Positions 10,355 through 24,016 of a stretch of DNA of 64,000 bases are shown here, one piece after another. Under the pieces are notes generated by a model. It saw only the letters and a program-made list of their open reading frames with translations. It was not told where the DNA came from and did no database searches. Within the stretch, counting starts at the first letter, position 1; the number at the start of each line of letters is the position of its first letter. The position numbers were made by a program, and so were the translations under genes. Source of the DNA: Calcarisporiella thermophila CBS 279.70. Its lineage: Eukaryota > Fungi > Calcarisporiellomycota. The DNA lies in assembly GCF_041956535.1 (NCBI RefSeq), contig NW_027192193.1, positions 512,235-576,234 of the forward strand, given 5' to 3'.

Positions 10355-11823
10355 TTATTTGAATGGCCGCCCCTCTTGTTTGGTGTGGGATTCTATTTCG
10401 TGATCTTTTCGAAAGGTAGATGCGGAGGAAGAAGAGGAGGAGGCCTGGATGGTCGACAATTGGCGCCGTAGCGATTCGATCTCTTTCGACATGGTATCCT
10501 GGGATTGTTTCATTTTATTGATGTATTCAACGGCTTATAGAAGAAATGGAAAAGCTATTCAGAAAAGATCTCTAACTTTTAATCAAGATCTATAATGTAA
10601 AATACCTTTGCTCAAGATCTCCCATTTGGACGTCTTTAAGCTTTTATCGAAGGGGAGTGATTCTCTTAACTCATCGAACAGCTCTTTCATCTTCAGTTAA
10701 AAGGTAGCTACATTAAATGCTTCCAATTGTTACTTTCATTTCATTGATGAGATTACCTCTTTTCTACGCTTTCTCTCTGCCAGCTTGTGTGAGATACGAA
10801 GTTCTGGAGAACGGCTGTATGGATTCTCGGATTTATATCCGCTCGAGTGTGTTGTATAAGGGTCAGGAGGATAGGGAGAGAACGGGTGCACGCTAGTGGA
10901 AGCTAATACGGGAGGATAACCTTGTCGAGGAAAGTCAAGATCCATTGGTGACCTTGATTCTTGTATATTGTGGAGGGAAATGCGATGCTGTCGTGGGGGA
11001 GCGGAAGGAGGGTATGGAGGGCTAGAGGGCGCAGATTGGGAAACGAGTGGATCGGGGAAAGGTGATAGAGCCTGAGGGTGAGCCTTTACTATAGCATGAA
11101 TGAAAATCGTATAATGTAACATCAAGTGACATGCAGTTATTATATTTGCTGCACTTACATCCTATGGGCGAGTTTTCCAAAGCTCTCACATCCCCGACCG
11201 CAAAGGAGTGTCTCCGCTGTTGCGGCTCAAAGTGCGCTGACATTCCCCCGGCTCCCCCAAGTGATCCATGAGGCCTCGGTGATGTTGTAGTGGAATAGTG
11301 AGAAATTGTAGGTGCTTCAACTCGCGCATATTCGGGAGGAGAAGAAGGTGACGGTGACACCGACGTACTTTTGTCAAAGAGGGAGTGTGAATGTAACATA
11401 AGATTCGGGTGCGAAGGTCGTCTTGTCTCTGTGCGGTGATATGCAGGATCGGTTAAGGAGCCACGGCGTTGGTGAGTGGCCGGAAATTCGTATCCGGTAT
11501 CAATGCGCGGCAAAATTCTGATTTGTGTATGGTCATCTGGCAATATACCATAGAGAAACATTATGTTAGATTAATTCGCTCCTCCCTCCCCTCTATAAGG
11601 AAAATATACTATGTGAAAACGGCAAGTTTACGAGTGAAGATTCATCCTTTCCTAATGGGAGGGAGCTCGCAGGTGGAAGGAATTGGCGGTGCTCTAGCCT
11701 TGGATTGGATGAACTCGACGGGTGAGGGAGATATGAAGGACGATCGCTTAATGATGAAACAGATGGTAACAACTCACGCGAAGGAGGAAGCGATGCGGAA
11801 TGGTGTGGGGGAAGTTGAGACAT
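10355..11823 (-). CDS. bHLH transcription factor (Esc1/DevR-like), 5 exons
   Basis: Spliced PELRISHKLAERKRRKE|MKELFDELRESLP...KTSKWEILSK|AVEYI; S/P-rich N-terminus with RRxS PKA-type sites. Confidence 0.9.
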
Positions 11824-13566
11824 TGAAATAGAGATAAGTTAGAATAAAGCCTAACCAAGGTCAAGAACCTGAAAATAGAATTAACTGGATAGTAACAATA
11901 ATAATAATAGATATAAAGAGAGAGAAGTAAAGAAATAATTTTAGAAAAGAATGGGATAGGAGAGAGTAAGGAGGAGGGGAAGAGCGGAGAATTCAAAGAG
12001 AGAGAGGTGATACTGCATAGAGTTTGAGAAAAGGGCAAGGAGGTTTCTATTTTTCTCTGGTGGCAAGTCAGGAAAGGATACAGATCCGAGTCTGATCTCA
12101 GCTTTGGAAACTTTATTTGCACAGGGGGAGATGTGCTGCAGTGTAAAAGAGCACGCTACATACATAGATGAACTGGAAACTGAAAACACGGAACTGATAT
12201 TAGGTAAACACGCATCATCATATGAGCAAGGCCGAGACCGACTCCAATCGATATGGAAATGCGAATTTATCTCGCTAGATCGTAACCCGGGTGAATTTTT
12301 TTGGATTGAGGAATGGAGAGCGCCAAAGGCTGGTTCATTATGAGGCCGGATCGGTTAGAGAGGATGGGGGGCCTGAGTAGAGGGATTCTGCGGAGGCCCA
12401 TCGAAAGGCTAGCATCCTGATATTCTCTAAACAAAGCATAATGAATTTCCTTTCCTCTGAATCCTATCCGGCTTGTCGTTCGATTTTGTAAACGAAAAAT
12501 AATACCTAAACGAGATAAATAGGCCCCTATTCTTTTAGATTGGATGGCCACGAGGCCAGAGTGCAGCTACCATGGTTGCTTTCTTCGCCGAGTATAGCAT
12601 GTGCATCTAGCCAATGTAACACTGCAGGATGCGTCCTTCACAGCAAATGCCAAATTGCTGTCTATTTCCGGAGGGATGGCCTACAGTGTCTTCGTCTAGA
12701 ATTCCTCCAAGGACGGGTTCTTCAGTGCGTTTAAACACGTGTGTTGATCCAATCCACCGGGTCAGGCATCGATTACGACTCTCTGCTTTATTATTGTGCT
12801 GATTTCAGGTTTGTTCAGGGGAGCGGCGACGAATACCTTAAGAGGCTGAACAACCACGAGAGGCTCCATTTTTATTGCGGTTTAACCTTGAAGCGCAGGT
12901 GGTATTGCGATCTAGCCCCGAAGATAAGGAAGGGAGTAATCTCCTTCTTGATTAGGAAAAAGCTGCAATATCCTGCATCATCAAAGCTGACTAAACTGGT
13001 GCTTTAATAGCTTTGCTCTTGCGTTACGTTTAACGCAGTGAATACTCTTTTCGTAAGGGAGAACAACAGCTTTCGTTATCGGGATTATAAACTACTGACA
13101 CGATAGAAAGGACGAGCTCTCCAAAAGTGGGAGCGCAGCGCTTTTTCAAATAGCCTGTAAACACAGTGGAGCTTTCAATGTATTATTCCTTACTAAACCA
13201 CTCACTGGCTTCATAAGTGAGCATACTTTTCTTATCTAAACTTGGCGCAATAAAATCCGCTGGAGGACGATAGCTAGCTTGCATTATTCAAGGATAGTTG
13301 TTATTCACCAGTGAAAGGATAATACATCTAGGGTAATACAAGTAATAGGCATGTCACCTCTGTCCGATTTTTTCACTCCGCCCCACCTACTATAAACTTG
13401 AGTTTTCAGCAGGTGGAAGCAGTGAGACATAATCAGAAGAAATTTGATAAGTCATGCCTGCATTGCGTTGATTTAATAAATAGCTTCTATTATTTTTAGA
13501 ATTAACAGAGAGGTGTGAAGGAAGGCAAAGAAAGGCATCGGATAGCCAGGTCAATTCAAGAAAATA

Positions 13567-14482
13567 TCACTGATGCGTGCCCAATGTTTCCGTTGGGCTC
13601 TGACCTAAAATGCGTAGGAACGCTAGTATAAGAAGTAGCTTAGTCTAATCATCTCCCATATTTTCTTGATTGGATATACTTACTGTCAGTAATGAAAGCT
13701 GTTAATCCCCAAAGTTCGATCTCTGGCGGTAGCCCTACGCTTTCCGGTACCTTGAAGACCGGGTAGAGGTATTTGCTGTCTCTGAACTGTTGTGTACGTC
13801 GATTCTTGGGGTCATATAAGTACGATAATGGCAGGGTAAATACTCGCTCAACCTCGTTGCAGTTATACTGAATAGCTTTAAGATCTAGTGGTTCGCGAAT
13901 AAAGCCAACAAAAGGATAAACACGTAGAGTGCGCGTTTTGTTAGGTAATACAGCCAGCTGTCCTAGAATATCTATTGAAGAGGAGGATATTCCGATTTCC
14001 TCTTGGGTCTCGCGTAAAGATGTGGCATGAAGAGATTCGTCTTGAGAGTCTACAAGGGAAAATGAGAGATTAATTTACATAAAATAAATAGAATTGTGAA
14101 TTGGGGCATTTGCAAAACTACCTCTTTTACCTCCCGGGAAACTTATCTCTCCCTGATGCTCTCTAAGATTGAGGCTCCGCACTGTGAAGAGAACACTAAG
14201 CTGGCCGTCCACTACGCACAGGGGCATAAGTACGGCGGCATCGCTTAGCTTTTTGGTAGTGTCCCATTTCCATTTATATCTCTTGCCCTCTTTTTTACTA
14301 TATTCATTTAATCGGGATCGAATTACATCGATCATGTTAAGATCAAAATGAGGAGTAGATGCATTGCTGAAGGAGCATTTTTGCAGCGAGTAACATAATA
14401 AATTCCTAGTTAATGATGATGAACGAGCGGGTAAGAATTCAATACGAGTGAAAAGTGTTCTTCTATGCAGACACCTCAACAT
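13567..14482 (-). CDS. Nudix CoA diphosphatase (NUDT8/Pcd1 family), probable mitochondrial presequence, 3 exons
   Basis: AAVLMPL, LFTVRSLNLREHQGEISFPGGK, Nudix box ...SLRETQEEIG, LWGLTAFI; Arg-rich, acid-poor N-terminus. Confidence 0.9.
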
Positions 14483-14832
14483 AATCACAAAGTCAAGTAC
14501 ACTTGGGGAGGAGCAAAAGATCAAAAATGACAAATTCAAAAAATGCGTCACCACCACACGTCCGCAATCACAACAGAGACTGCAATATCAGTTGTTAAGC
14601 AAAACACATATAGTTGTTTGTGCATTCTATTTCATAAGTTCCATATGAAATACAGCAAGTTTAGCTTAATTGTTTAGCATTTGTTTATCATGCACCCAAA
14701 ATGCATTGAAGACTAACTACTTTCCTTACTCTTACCGCCACATTAGCAGCTGAAAATTATGGATTCTAGAGGAGTTCCTGCGTGACAAATTCCAGCTTTA
14801 TTCATTACAACCTCCACACTACATGAAGAGCG

Positions 14833-15611
14833 CTAATTCCGAGTGTGTGCTTCTGCTTGCACACGTAAACTGTTTCCGATTTTGGGCCATATTGGTGGCG
14901 ACGTGGCCGATATATAGTCTTCCCACGTTTCATTCATTTTCCTCATGTGTCTCTCCTCCCGGAAACGCTTTGCATACTGGTTAACTATAATCGACATGAT
15001 AATCTGCCTCAATTGTAAAGCCATCAGTTGAAGTCTTTTATTTTAGATAATGATGAGTACACCCTACCATGATCATCGCCCACCCTCCCCCGATTCCCAG
15101 TTGCATTGTGATTATTTCCTCTGGAGCCGCCTTGCACCTTTTCTCTCTTTGCACTCTAGACTGTTTATTTCCGAATTTCTCCAAGCAGAAGGTCACGATA
15201 CTATGGCGATTGAACGCGTTAAAAATTGTCACGCATACAAAAACAGTTATCCAGAGCAGTGCGACTATCCAATTTGAGTGAATGAGAACGCGCAAGATCA
15301 TACTATTCCTCTAGATACCATGATTTACCAATTTGACACTGGAAATGGTTAGGTTAACCTTTCTCAGAGGTACAACTTACCTTTCCAACAGCGACAATCC
15401 CAATAGTTCCTACACAAAACACAATAATAGCCAAGGCAACAAGAGCATATTTTTCCCAATATATTATTGACGCGTATTTAAATGCCGCTGGAATGGGGCT
15501 TGAGCTCACAACCAGAAAACAGCTAAGTATAGGGGCAAATAGGGTATAAATAGACGAGAAGCACAGTAGAAGCGTACTTAGAAACTCATTTGAGCAACAT
15601 TTATTCAACAT
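14833..15611 (-). CDS. Four-TM membrane protein of unknown function, 3 exons
   Basis: Exons about 15611-15381, 15311-15069 and 15003-14833 join in frame via GT-AG; four hydrophobic helices, Cys pair in the loop between TM3 and TM4. Confidence 0.65.
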
Positions 15612-16628
15612 ATTTACGGAATGGTGCAAATGGCAGAGAAAAAAGTTCTAGAATAAAATAAAACGATGCGTAGGAAAAAAGAATTACTTGAGGAAAGAGA
15701 ATAAAGATATCGTGGATTATTGCGGAGTGAAAAGAATCAGCCTCCAAATTAGATACTTATGAATTTCAGGAGTATTTTGCCACCATTTTAAAAGCCACTT
15801 TGTACAACTTAGCCAATACTTTTAACCCAATTTTGATGGTTGTGGTAGAATGAAAGGGATGTAAAGTGCTTACCATTCGTAAGCACTTTTCACAAAGAAT
15901 CTTAGAAAATGTTGGAATTGCAGGAAGGCATACATTTTCGCTTATTATATGGTCTTGAAATAAAATGGTTTTATTAAACGCATTTTATAAACTTTTGAAA
16001 TCTCGCTCTACTCCCTTAAGAGGATAGGGCTGGGTATCGTTTCGCTTGCTTTCTGGCATACTTCAATGAATTTTAATCTGAGTAATACTTCTCTAGATAC
16101 TCTCATCTTTGCTGGCAAGCTATCAGACTTCATGGACTCTTTCGGAATATATGCATTTATGTGCTCATCCAACTAGGGTATTAGTTTTATTTTCCATCAA
16201 GTTTCTTTCACTTGCCACAAGAGTATAGATAGAGAGCGTACAAGGAAATCCCATTACACTCCTTCTCATCATTAACGAAAACCATATTAATTAGCTAAAC
16301 TCCGAAATAAACTATCCTCCTTTCTCCAATAGTCCAAGTTGTATCGTTAGTGGAAGCCGGTTGAGTGCAAAATGTGAGGAGCCATCAGGGGTTTATATTC
16401 ATTACATTTTCCCCTCCAACCTTAACGGAAAAAATAGAAAAATGGAATCGACGTAGTCAATTTTCAAGGGTCTGACGAGGATACAGCGCGAGTTCCAATG
16501 ATATTGCCTTTGCTGAACTTCCTAATGGTTCTCTTTCGTCTCTTCTTCCACGCTCTGTACTTACAAATTTTGGCAAACAATATTACGATATGCCATTATC
16601 CTAGCGTACGGAGGAGCATGCAAGCAAA

Positions 16629-18664
16629 CTAAATATGGGTATACATCTCATCGCGTGTACTTGAATGTTCGCCTAGAATTGCGTGGGTGATTTCGCTCGT
16701 CAATAAAGAATCTCTTCCCTCAAATCCTTCGAGCCAGTTAAAGAATCCTTGTACGTGGCGGTGTAGAGGCGCCGCATAGGGCAATCCTGCTTCATCACAA
16801 TCGAAGAGAATTTTCAGAGTATTCAAATGACGTTGCCTGGCCTTCAGCTTATCTTCTGCAGGAATCGATGGAGATACAAGAATTTGCTGGTGGGTGCATA
16901 TCGAAAAGACTAAAGCGGAGAAAATACTGATAGTGGTGCAAAATCCAGGGTGGGCAATGGCACGTTCTGCTAGGTCAACCACACGGTCAGCCAGTTGAAA
17001 ACACTGTTTGTATGAGTATATTTCGATAGTGGTCCATTCGTCCATGGGCCGTTGAGATATTGCAGCTTGTAGGAAAAAGTTGTGGAAGAGCTGGAGCTGC
17101 TTCATATGCATTATGGTTTCAAATTCAATCACGCGCCCAAAACCGGATGGGGACGTGATCTCGTCCACATTATCAACACGGAAGGTATCTGGCAAACTGA
17201 TTTCAACCTCTCGGATAACACTTTCCCCAGCAAACGCCAATTCCTCGGGCGATTCAAATTCGTTTTTGCGAGATAACACATCCTGCATCTTGTGCAGTAA
17301 TCGCTGGGTATAGATGGCATATTCTACAAAATACTTGGTATCTGCATTCTCATGAGGAAGTACCCGAGGCACTTCCTCGGGAGAGATCGGATTGGGGAGA
17401 TCGATTTTGCGAGTAATGTACAGCTGGTAGGAGGCAGTGAAGGTTTTAATGGCCCATGCAATCCGCCTAAATTGCTCTCGTTCCATTTCATTCATGCTGG
17501 CCTCTATACCTGCCTGGCTCATTTTTTCAAGATGCAGCCTAGCAAGATGGAAGTAAATTTCGCGATCTTTACTGAGCTCCTCGCCAAACGATAGCTCGAC
17601 AGAATAAGAGTGCATATTGATTAATCCTAGTAGTACGGGAATAGAGGGTTCGTCAAATTTTTCTTCCTATAAACATGATAGAGAAATTTCAATAACCAAA
17701 TTAGGGAGAGAAAGAAGGTGAAAAAAGAGGAGTGAGAGTTTACAAGTAATTTTCTCGCCATTGCGTAGGCAATATTGCTAATAAGTAACAGATAGCTACT
17801 CGATGAGCCACGATGTTCTGTATACAGATGTTTTGCAGTCCATGCCCAAACTGACCAGCGCAGAAATTGGTCCATTTTTCCATTTTCGATATTGGCAAGG
17901 AAAGCATCTCGATCCACAATCTTACAATAGACGAAACACTCCAGATATTGGTAGGCCAAATTTCCCATGGTGCGTTGGTATAGCATTAGTGCAGCAAAAC
18001 CGTCAAGCTTCGATTGTGGAGGTGCTGGTGAATTATTGAGTAGCACGGGCAAGGGAAGCCGCAACTCAGTGCCGTCGGGCACCACTATTCTAGAGAAGTA
18101 GGTCGACCCTGGACCAGTAAGCTTGATCATAAATGGATGAGGAGACTTATTTCTACTGCTGGATCTCGATAATAAAGTTGGAGATGATTTCGTGACATTT
18201 ATGTGGAGGAATGCTGCAAGATCATTACTTGTCCGCAGATCGGTTTGTATACTTAACCCAGAGGGGGTATGGACAATTTGCCAATTAGGAGGAATCGGCA
18301 ATTCTGAGGAGGCGGGTATATTGCTTAGGCAGAGAGTTCGGGAGTAATGCGACATTTTCTCATTCCAATAAACTTCCATTTTTCGTAAATCGGAAACCGC
18401 TTGGCCAAGCCGACGAGAAAATCCTTCCGTAAAGGCTTTCATGTTTTGTGGTACAGGATATACACATATCTCTCCTGCAACAACACATCGTGAGCAACTT
18501 GGCGATTCCATGCCGCACCGCACCTAATTCACAAAGTTAGATCATTAATATTTTTCTCCTTCCCCTATTAATGCTACCTTTTTTTGACGACATCTCCTGC
18601 AAGAGATGCTAGGGCAGAATGAAGCTGCCGATTCATTAAGATTATCGCTCGATTCCCGCAGCAT
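16629..18664 (-). CDS. Zn(II)2Cys6 fungal transcription factor, 3 exons
   Basis: Spliced CRRCRQKK|VRCGMESPSCSRCVVAGEICVY zinc cluster followed by a helical middle region; start position uncertain. Confidence 0.9.
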
Positions 18665-19072
18665 TTCCACTTTGAATGGGTAAAAGCAGGCTGTCTTAGA
18701 GTAGCCAGTGAATTCAGGGTCTATTTACCGGTAGCCAAGCATCCCTATTTTAATTTTTATCGAATTCAGCCCAACTGAGGCGGGTCGCGCAGAGATTTCT
18801 TTTTTCGTAGTTCTTCTCCGTAGAAACTTTGATATTTTTCACTTTCGAATCGTTTAAACCCTCGGCCACAAAGGGTAGAGTTATGGTGCACTTTTCATTT
18901 CATAAGGTTTGAACACTTGTATATTCAAAATAGAGTTAAAGAGCAACAGCAATTAAATTAATACAGAAATGCTAGAAATGTGCTAAATTACGAGGTTGAA
19001 GCGAGTGGAAAAGAAAGGAGAGGAGGAGTCTCAGGTGAAGGCATATTCTATAGTGCTTCTCTCGCTACTCAT

Positions 19073-19912
19073 TTAGGGTGCATTCTTTGCCTGCCTTTTA
19101 GCTCTAACTCTTCTTAGAACCAAGTACGCGAAAGAAGCTAACCAGAGCACACATTGTATGAAGCCAAATATCACACCTCCGCGGCCATTTTCACAGGCCT
19201 TCTGTAAAAATCCCACCCATGGAAAATTTTCAGGGCCGAACGGTGCAGATTGGGCAGCATATCCTCCTCCGCGTACCCACCCACACTCAAATACACTCTT
19301 GGGCTCTTCAAGACCAGGCACAAAATTCGCTGGAAGTGGGGGTTGTATAACACTAGCGATGCTTGCACCGAGCAAAGAGAGAGCCAGTGCGATATTAGCT
19401 ACCAAGCTAGACATTAAGGGAGACCATTTTGGATTTGAGGGACCAAATAGGCAGCTGTTAAAAAGAGAAAGCCAAAGGGCCATCACAGAAGCAATAAGCA
19501 GCACAACAAGAGCTGGAGGCCATGGAAATCGTGGCACGTAGTTGCCCCAGTTGGAAGCGCCCGCGAGACCAGCGAGAAAGGATTGGATGTTCCCAAAGGC
19601 ACCCCCAATAAATCCCACGGCAAAAATAGCGATGAGTAATTGTATAAAACGCAAGATTTGGATAGTGCTGAGGCGTTTTAAAAGGCGTGATCGTTTTCTT
19701 GTTTGGCCGGTAGCCCGAAATATAGATGGGAAAATTCGAGAAGAATGCTTGGGCTGAGAATAAAACTTCGATAATGTATTGGATTCATCGCATAGTTTGG
19801 ATCTCTCCTCCATAGAATAGGGTGCATTGCGGGTATTGTTCGCCGAGGCTAAGTGGCATGATGGCTTTTCATCTGAAATAGGAGCTAATCGATTATCTTC
19901 GAATTTTTCCAT
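19073..19912 (-). CDS. MARVEL-like four-TM membrane protein, intronless
   Basis: ILRFIQLLIAIF at TM1, four TM helices, LQKAC..G...FGFIQCVLWLAS at TM4. Confidence 0.7.
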   Translation of the reverse strand: MEKFEDNRLAPISDEKPSCHLASANNTRNAPYSMEERSKLCDESNTLSKFYSQPKHSSRIFPSIFRATGQTRKRSRLLKRLSTIQILRFIQLLIAIFAVGFIGGAFGNIQSFLAGLAGASNWGNYVPRFPWPPALVVLLIASVMALWLSLFNSCLFGPSNPKWSPLMSSLVANIALALSLLGASIASVIQPPLPANFVPGLEEPKSVFECGWVRGGGYAAQSAPFGPENFPWVGFLQKACENGRGGVIFGFIQCVLWLASFAYLVLRRVRAKRQAKNAP

Positions 19913-20255
19913 CACGATGAAATTAATATATATATATCAGAAGAGTAATAGAGGTAAAATTCTTTTTGATGCAGATAAATATGGGATTTAATTAATAAAC
20001 ATAAGGCATGACAGAAAGCAAAACTCAAGAGATAAAGTCATTAAATTTTAAAAATTGTGGAGTAAATGTTCTCCACGAATACGTTGTAGGATATGAAACA
20101 ACATACCAAAATGTAGTCACAAATCTCTCACCAAATCGAGCGGAGTCCAATCTAATAATCAGATGATGAATGACTGCTAAAAAAATAAACACAAACACCG
20201 CAACAATTGTCTTTTTTTCTTATACTTTTATCTGACCCTCCCATTCCTCTTTAAA

Positions 20256-21420
20256 ATGAATACCGTAAAGCAAGAGAATGTTGCCCTAGTCTCTGAACCT
20301 CAGCCTGGCTTGAAGGTTACGGAGGCTAACTATAAATATTTAGAGGAATCACTACTATGCTCTTCCACTCCCCTCCATGAGCGTTTCCGCTCTCTCTTTA
20401 CCCTTCGCAACTTGGCGGATATCAAGAGCATCGAAATCATCGGCAAAGGTAAGAAATACCTCCAGAAAATGCCATATTTATCTTAGAATAATAAAGCTTT
20501 GTCTTATATTGTATACAGGTTTTGCCGATGATTCTGCCTTGCTTAAGCACGAATTAGCTTATGTGTTGGGGCAAATTCGCAATCCTCATGCAATCCCCAT
20601 TCTGAAAAATGTGCTTGCAGATATGAAAGAAGATCCAATGGTTCGACATGAAGCTGCAGAAGCTCTTGGTGCTATCGGCAACCTGTCAGTACTTGAGACT
20701 TTGGAGCATTATCTTAATGATGAGAGAGTAGAAGTAAGAGAAACTTGCGAGTTGGCAATTGAAAGAATTAAGATGGAGAACAGCGAACAGAAAGAGGTTT
20801 TCTCGATAAGGTAGATAGAGATGGAGAAGTGCATTGGCTAAAATATTTTGTTGATGTTTTTTTTTTTTTTTTGTAAGTCCTTATTCTTCTGTCGACCCTG
20901 CACCACCCACGACAAAGGTCGAAAAGACATCAGAACTTCGAGATATTTTGCTCAATTCCAAGCTACCTCTTTTCGAGCGATATAGGGCCATGTTTGCACT
21001 TCGAAACAAGGGCGATGAAGAATCCGTTCTCGCACTAGCGGAAGGATTTGGTGACAACAGCGGTAAAGCTAAATTTAAATTCTATATGGCTTGAGTTCAT
21101 TTATTTAGTGAATATAAATCATGATAGCTTTGTTCCGACATGAAATTGCGTACGTTTTTGGTCAAATGTGCCACCCCGCATCTGTTCCATCCCTGATCAA
21201 GACGCTGTCGAACCCTGATGAAGCTGGAATGGTACGACACGAAGCTGCTGAAGCATTGGGCTCTATTGGTACCCCCGAGGTTCTCCCGGTGCTAGAGAAA
21301 TTCCGCCTCGATCAGGAGCGTGTGGTGCGAGAGAGCTGCATGGTAGCATTAGATATCTTTGAGTATGAGAACTCTGACCAGTTTCAGTATGCGGATGGCC
21401 TGACCAAAGAGACGAATTAA
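20256..21420 (+). CDS. LIA1: Deoxyhypusine hydroxylase, 4 exons
   Basis: HEAT-like repeats with four HE motifs (HELAY, HEAAE, HEIAY, HEAAE), [10 protein letters not shown] and SVDPAPP linker. Confidence 0.97.
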
Positions 21421-21811
21421 TATCCTATATCCATCATATTATATATATGTGTACATTATTTTCAAGAATAAAAGTTACCATCCAACTCTCGATCATTTAT
21501 TAAAATAAGAACACCCAATAAAATTACAAACGGGGAGATTTGCCACAATAACTTCCAAAAACAAACAAACGAACAAACAAATATGCTGGAAATAGTATAA
21601 AGCTATAAAATGCATTCGAATAAAGAGAGGAAAAATAACAGAGTATAAATAAGTAGGCTGACTTCATTGGCGAATGTGATTAGCACAAAATTAAAAGACA
21701 TGGAAAAATACATAACAAGTTTTCGTATCTTATTTGACACAATTTTTAAACCGCAGGTACTAAAAGGGTGTTGAGCTTCAACTACTGGTATATGAAATCA
21801 ATAGTAAAAAA

Positions 21812-23854
21812 CTACCCTGAAAAGCTCTGTAGATTCGATCGAGCATATGCCCTAAGAAAAGCTTCGCGATCTCGCACATTTTTTTCTCCCTTTAAGTTAC
21901 AAAGAATTCTGAGGGTAGATGGGTGTCGTATCCCCACTTCCAAGAGCGTCTTGTCTTCATCCTCAGTCCAAACAAGCCGCTTAGCCGCGTTTGCTACAAA
22001 ATTAAAAAAAAATTAGAATCGGATGGTCAAAGATGCACCGAATAGAAAATGGCTCTAACTTGATAATCTTCCTCGTAGCAGATCTACTGTGACTCTGAAG
22101 TTGCCACTAGTCTGCTTCAAAGCCCGCAGCACTTGAGTTGCATTATGTCCAGTATGGATGCAAATTGTCTTTAAATACCGCAAGAAGGCTTCGCGCCCCA
22201 TTTTGGTGATGTTGGGCGGATTAACTTCGGGCGACTCATTGCCTCCAGGAATTTCTTCAAAGAATGCCGCTTCTCTGCCTTGTTCTAATTGTTGCCGCTT
22301 ACGCCGCTGTATACGAACAAGATTTTCAGAAAATGAACCAAGCATCTCTTCAGCTGGCGAAGGTTCATGCAGCAACTCACTATATGCTCGCTGTAGGGCC
22401 GTGGTTGGCCGCACAGGTTTATCGGAGCGAAGATGATCAGTAAGTATATTGACTTCCGGGACATGTAAAGAGGGCTGACTCCTATCATGTCGGGTGACTG
22501 AATTTGGTTTTGAAGTAGAAGGGGCCAAAATGGGTGATGAGGTGATGGGTGGCGGCGATAATGCAACCTCATGCCTTTCTTCTTCATCGTCTTCCTCGCG
22601 TATGAGTCGCTGCCGTTTCCCGGGACGAGAATGTTCCTTTTCCAACGAAGCATCCTGGGCTGATTGGGGTGGTGTCTGAGAAGAGTTGGCAACATAGTCA
22701 TCCCATCTACGTACAGGAGATGCACTTAATTCGAGACCTAGAGGGCTCTCCCGATGGCTGCGATCATTGGGAGTAGTCCCTCGATTATCTGAATAGGTCT
22801 CCTCGCCTCCTAATGAAAGGGGTGGTTCAGAGAGCCTATACATGTCGTTATCAAAATACATGTCGCTTCTTCTATCTTGTCTTGCTTCCGCAATATCCTC
22901 CTGCGTATCAAAGAATTCTTCGGCATCTGATTGTCGTCTGATATCTGAATCCGGCTCTTGAGTTAATTTTTCTGTACTTGTTCCGGAAGCATGATTCATA
23001 ACTAAAGTGGCCTTATCTGCGGTGGTAGAGTATCCCAACTGTGAAGTATCAACTTGCACTCCAATCTCATTGGTTTTTCTTTCATGTTTTTCCAATACTT
23101 TTGCATATTTATCTGATGCTCTGCCCCGAATTCGTCCTGAATTCTCCTCTTCCCTAGACGAATATAATTCTTTTCCGCTTAATCGAGAATCTTCGGCGTC
23201 TCCTGCAGTCGCTCCAGACAAAAAGGAACTCCGCATGAACTCCTGTGAGAGCTCCTGGTGTACTTCTCTATCGACCTCATCGAGTCCCTCTAAATCTTCA
23301 AAGCTATCATCTGGTAAGGTCCATTGTGTTAGGTGCCCCTGCTGCTGTGTCTGTTCTTGTATATGCCTATTATCAGCTCTGCGATCTTCACCGTCATTCT
23401 TATTGGAATTAGAGCTGCTTGATTGAGAGAGCCTTTCAAAGTGGTTGATAGTGCTCCGCACCCCAAGTTCAGACTGAGCCCGGCGCACACGATGTTCAGC
23501 AGTAATGGAGGGATGCGCAATTCGAAGAGGTGATCTACGCCAGGAATCAGAGTAAAACGATGTAGAACTACGGGTCAAATTTAGTTGTCTGCTTCGATAT
23601 TTTTCATATAGATCGCGCCACTGTTTCCATGAATGGTGTGGGTGCTATAAAGAAATGAATAATAGTGTACGCGTTTTTAGTATTTAATAGCACAAGAGAA
23701 AATTGGCAAATCGAGTATCAAAAAGGGAGCATTGAAATTATACCAGTTTTGCAAGCTCTTTATATACATTATTTCCTTGAATACCTCCAGATCGTGCCCT
23801 CATCCACTCGCGTAATACGCGCTCGTCTTCCTCTGTGAAGATGTCAGCTGGCAT
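21812..23854 (-). CDS. RAP1: Telomeric Rap1 (TERF2IP)-like protein: N-terminal Rap1-type Myb, long disordered middle, Rap1 C-terminal domain; 3 exons
   Basis: FTEEDERVL...GNNVYKELAKL|HPHHSWKQWRDLYEKY (Rap1 Myb); VLRALKQTSGNF...|...VWTEDEDKTLL...KGEKNVRDREAFL (Rap1_C). Confidence 0.85.
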
Positions 23855-24016
23855 TGGAAGTGGATTAAGATGTCAAAATTATTTCCGGAGATAGTCCCAG
23901 GAGGATATTTTGTGACTTCAAGTGAGGCGCAGCATTTAATGAATTCACGTGGTATGCAAAGTACGCGTTTCGGATCAGTGCTCTTATACCTTTACTTTTT
24001 GTTCTCGAACTGAATT

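Noticed and set aside
11850-12081. U12-type donor GTATCCTTT on the minus strand in the bHLH leader
   Set aside because: RTATCCTTT also occurs at clearly non-intronic sites in the window, and the branch-point match is weak; needs RNA-seq.
15863-15889. 11-bp inverted repeat AAAGTGCTTAC/GTAAGCACTTT
   Set aside because: Short and isolated; compatible with chance, no supporting context.
20158-20240. Box C (ATGATGA) and box D (CTGA) snoRNA-like spacing
   Set aside because: The interior is A/T homopolymer-rich promoter/5' UTR of DOHH with no recognisable rRNA guide.
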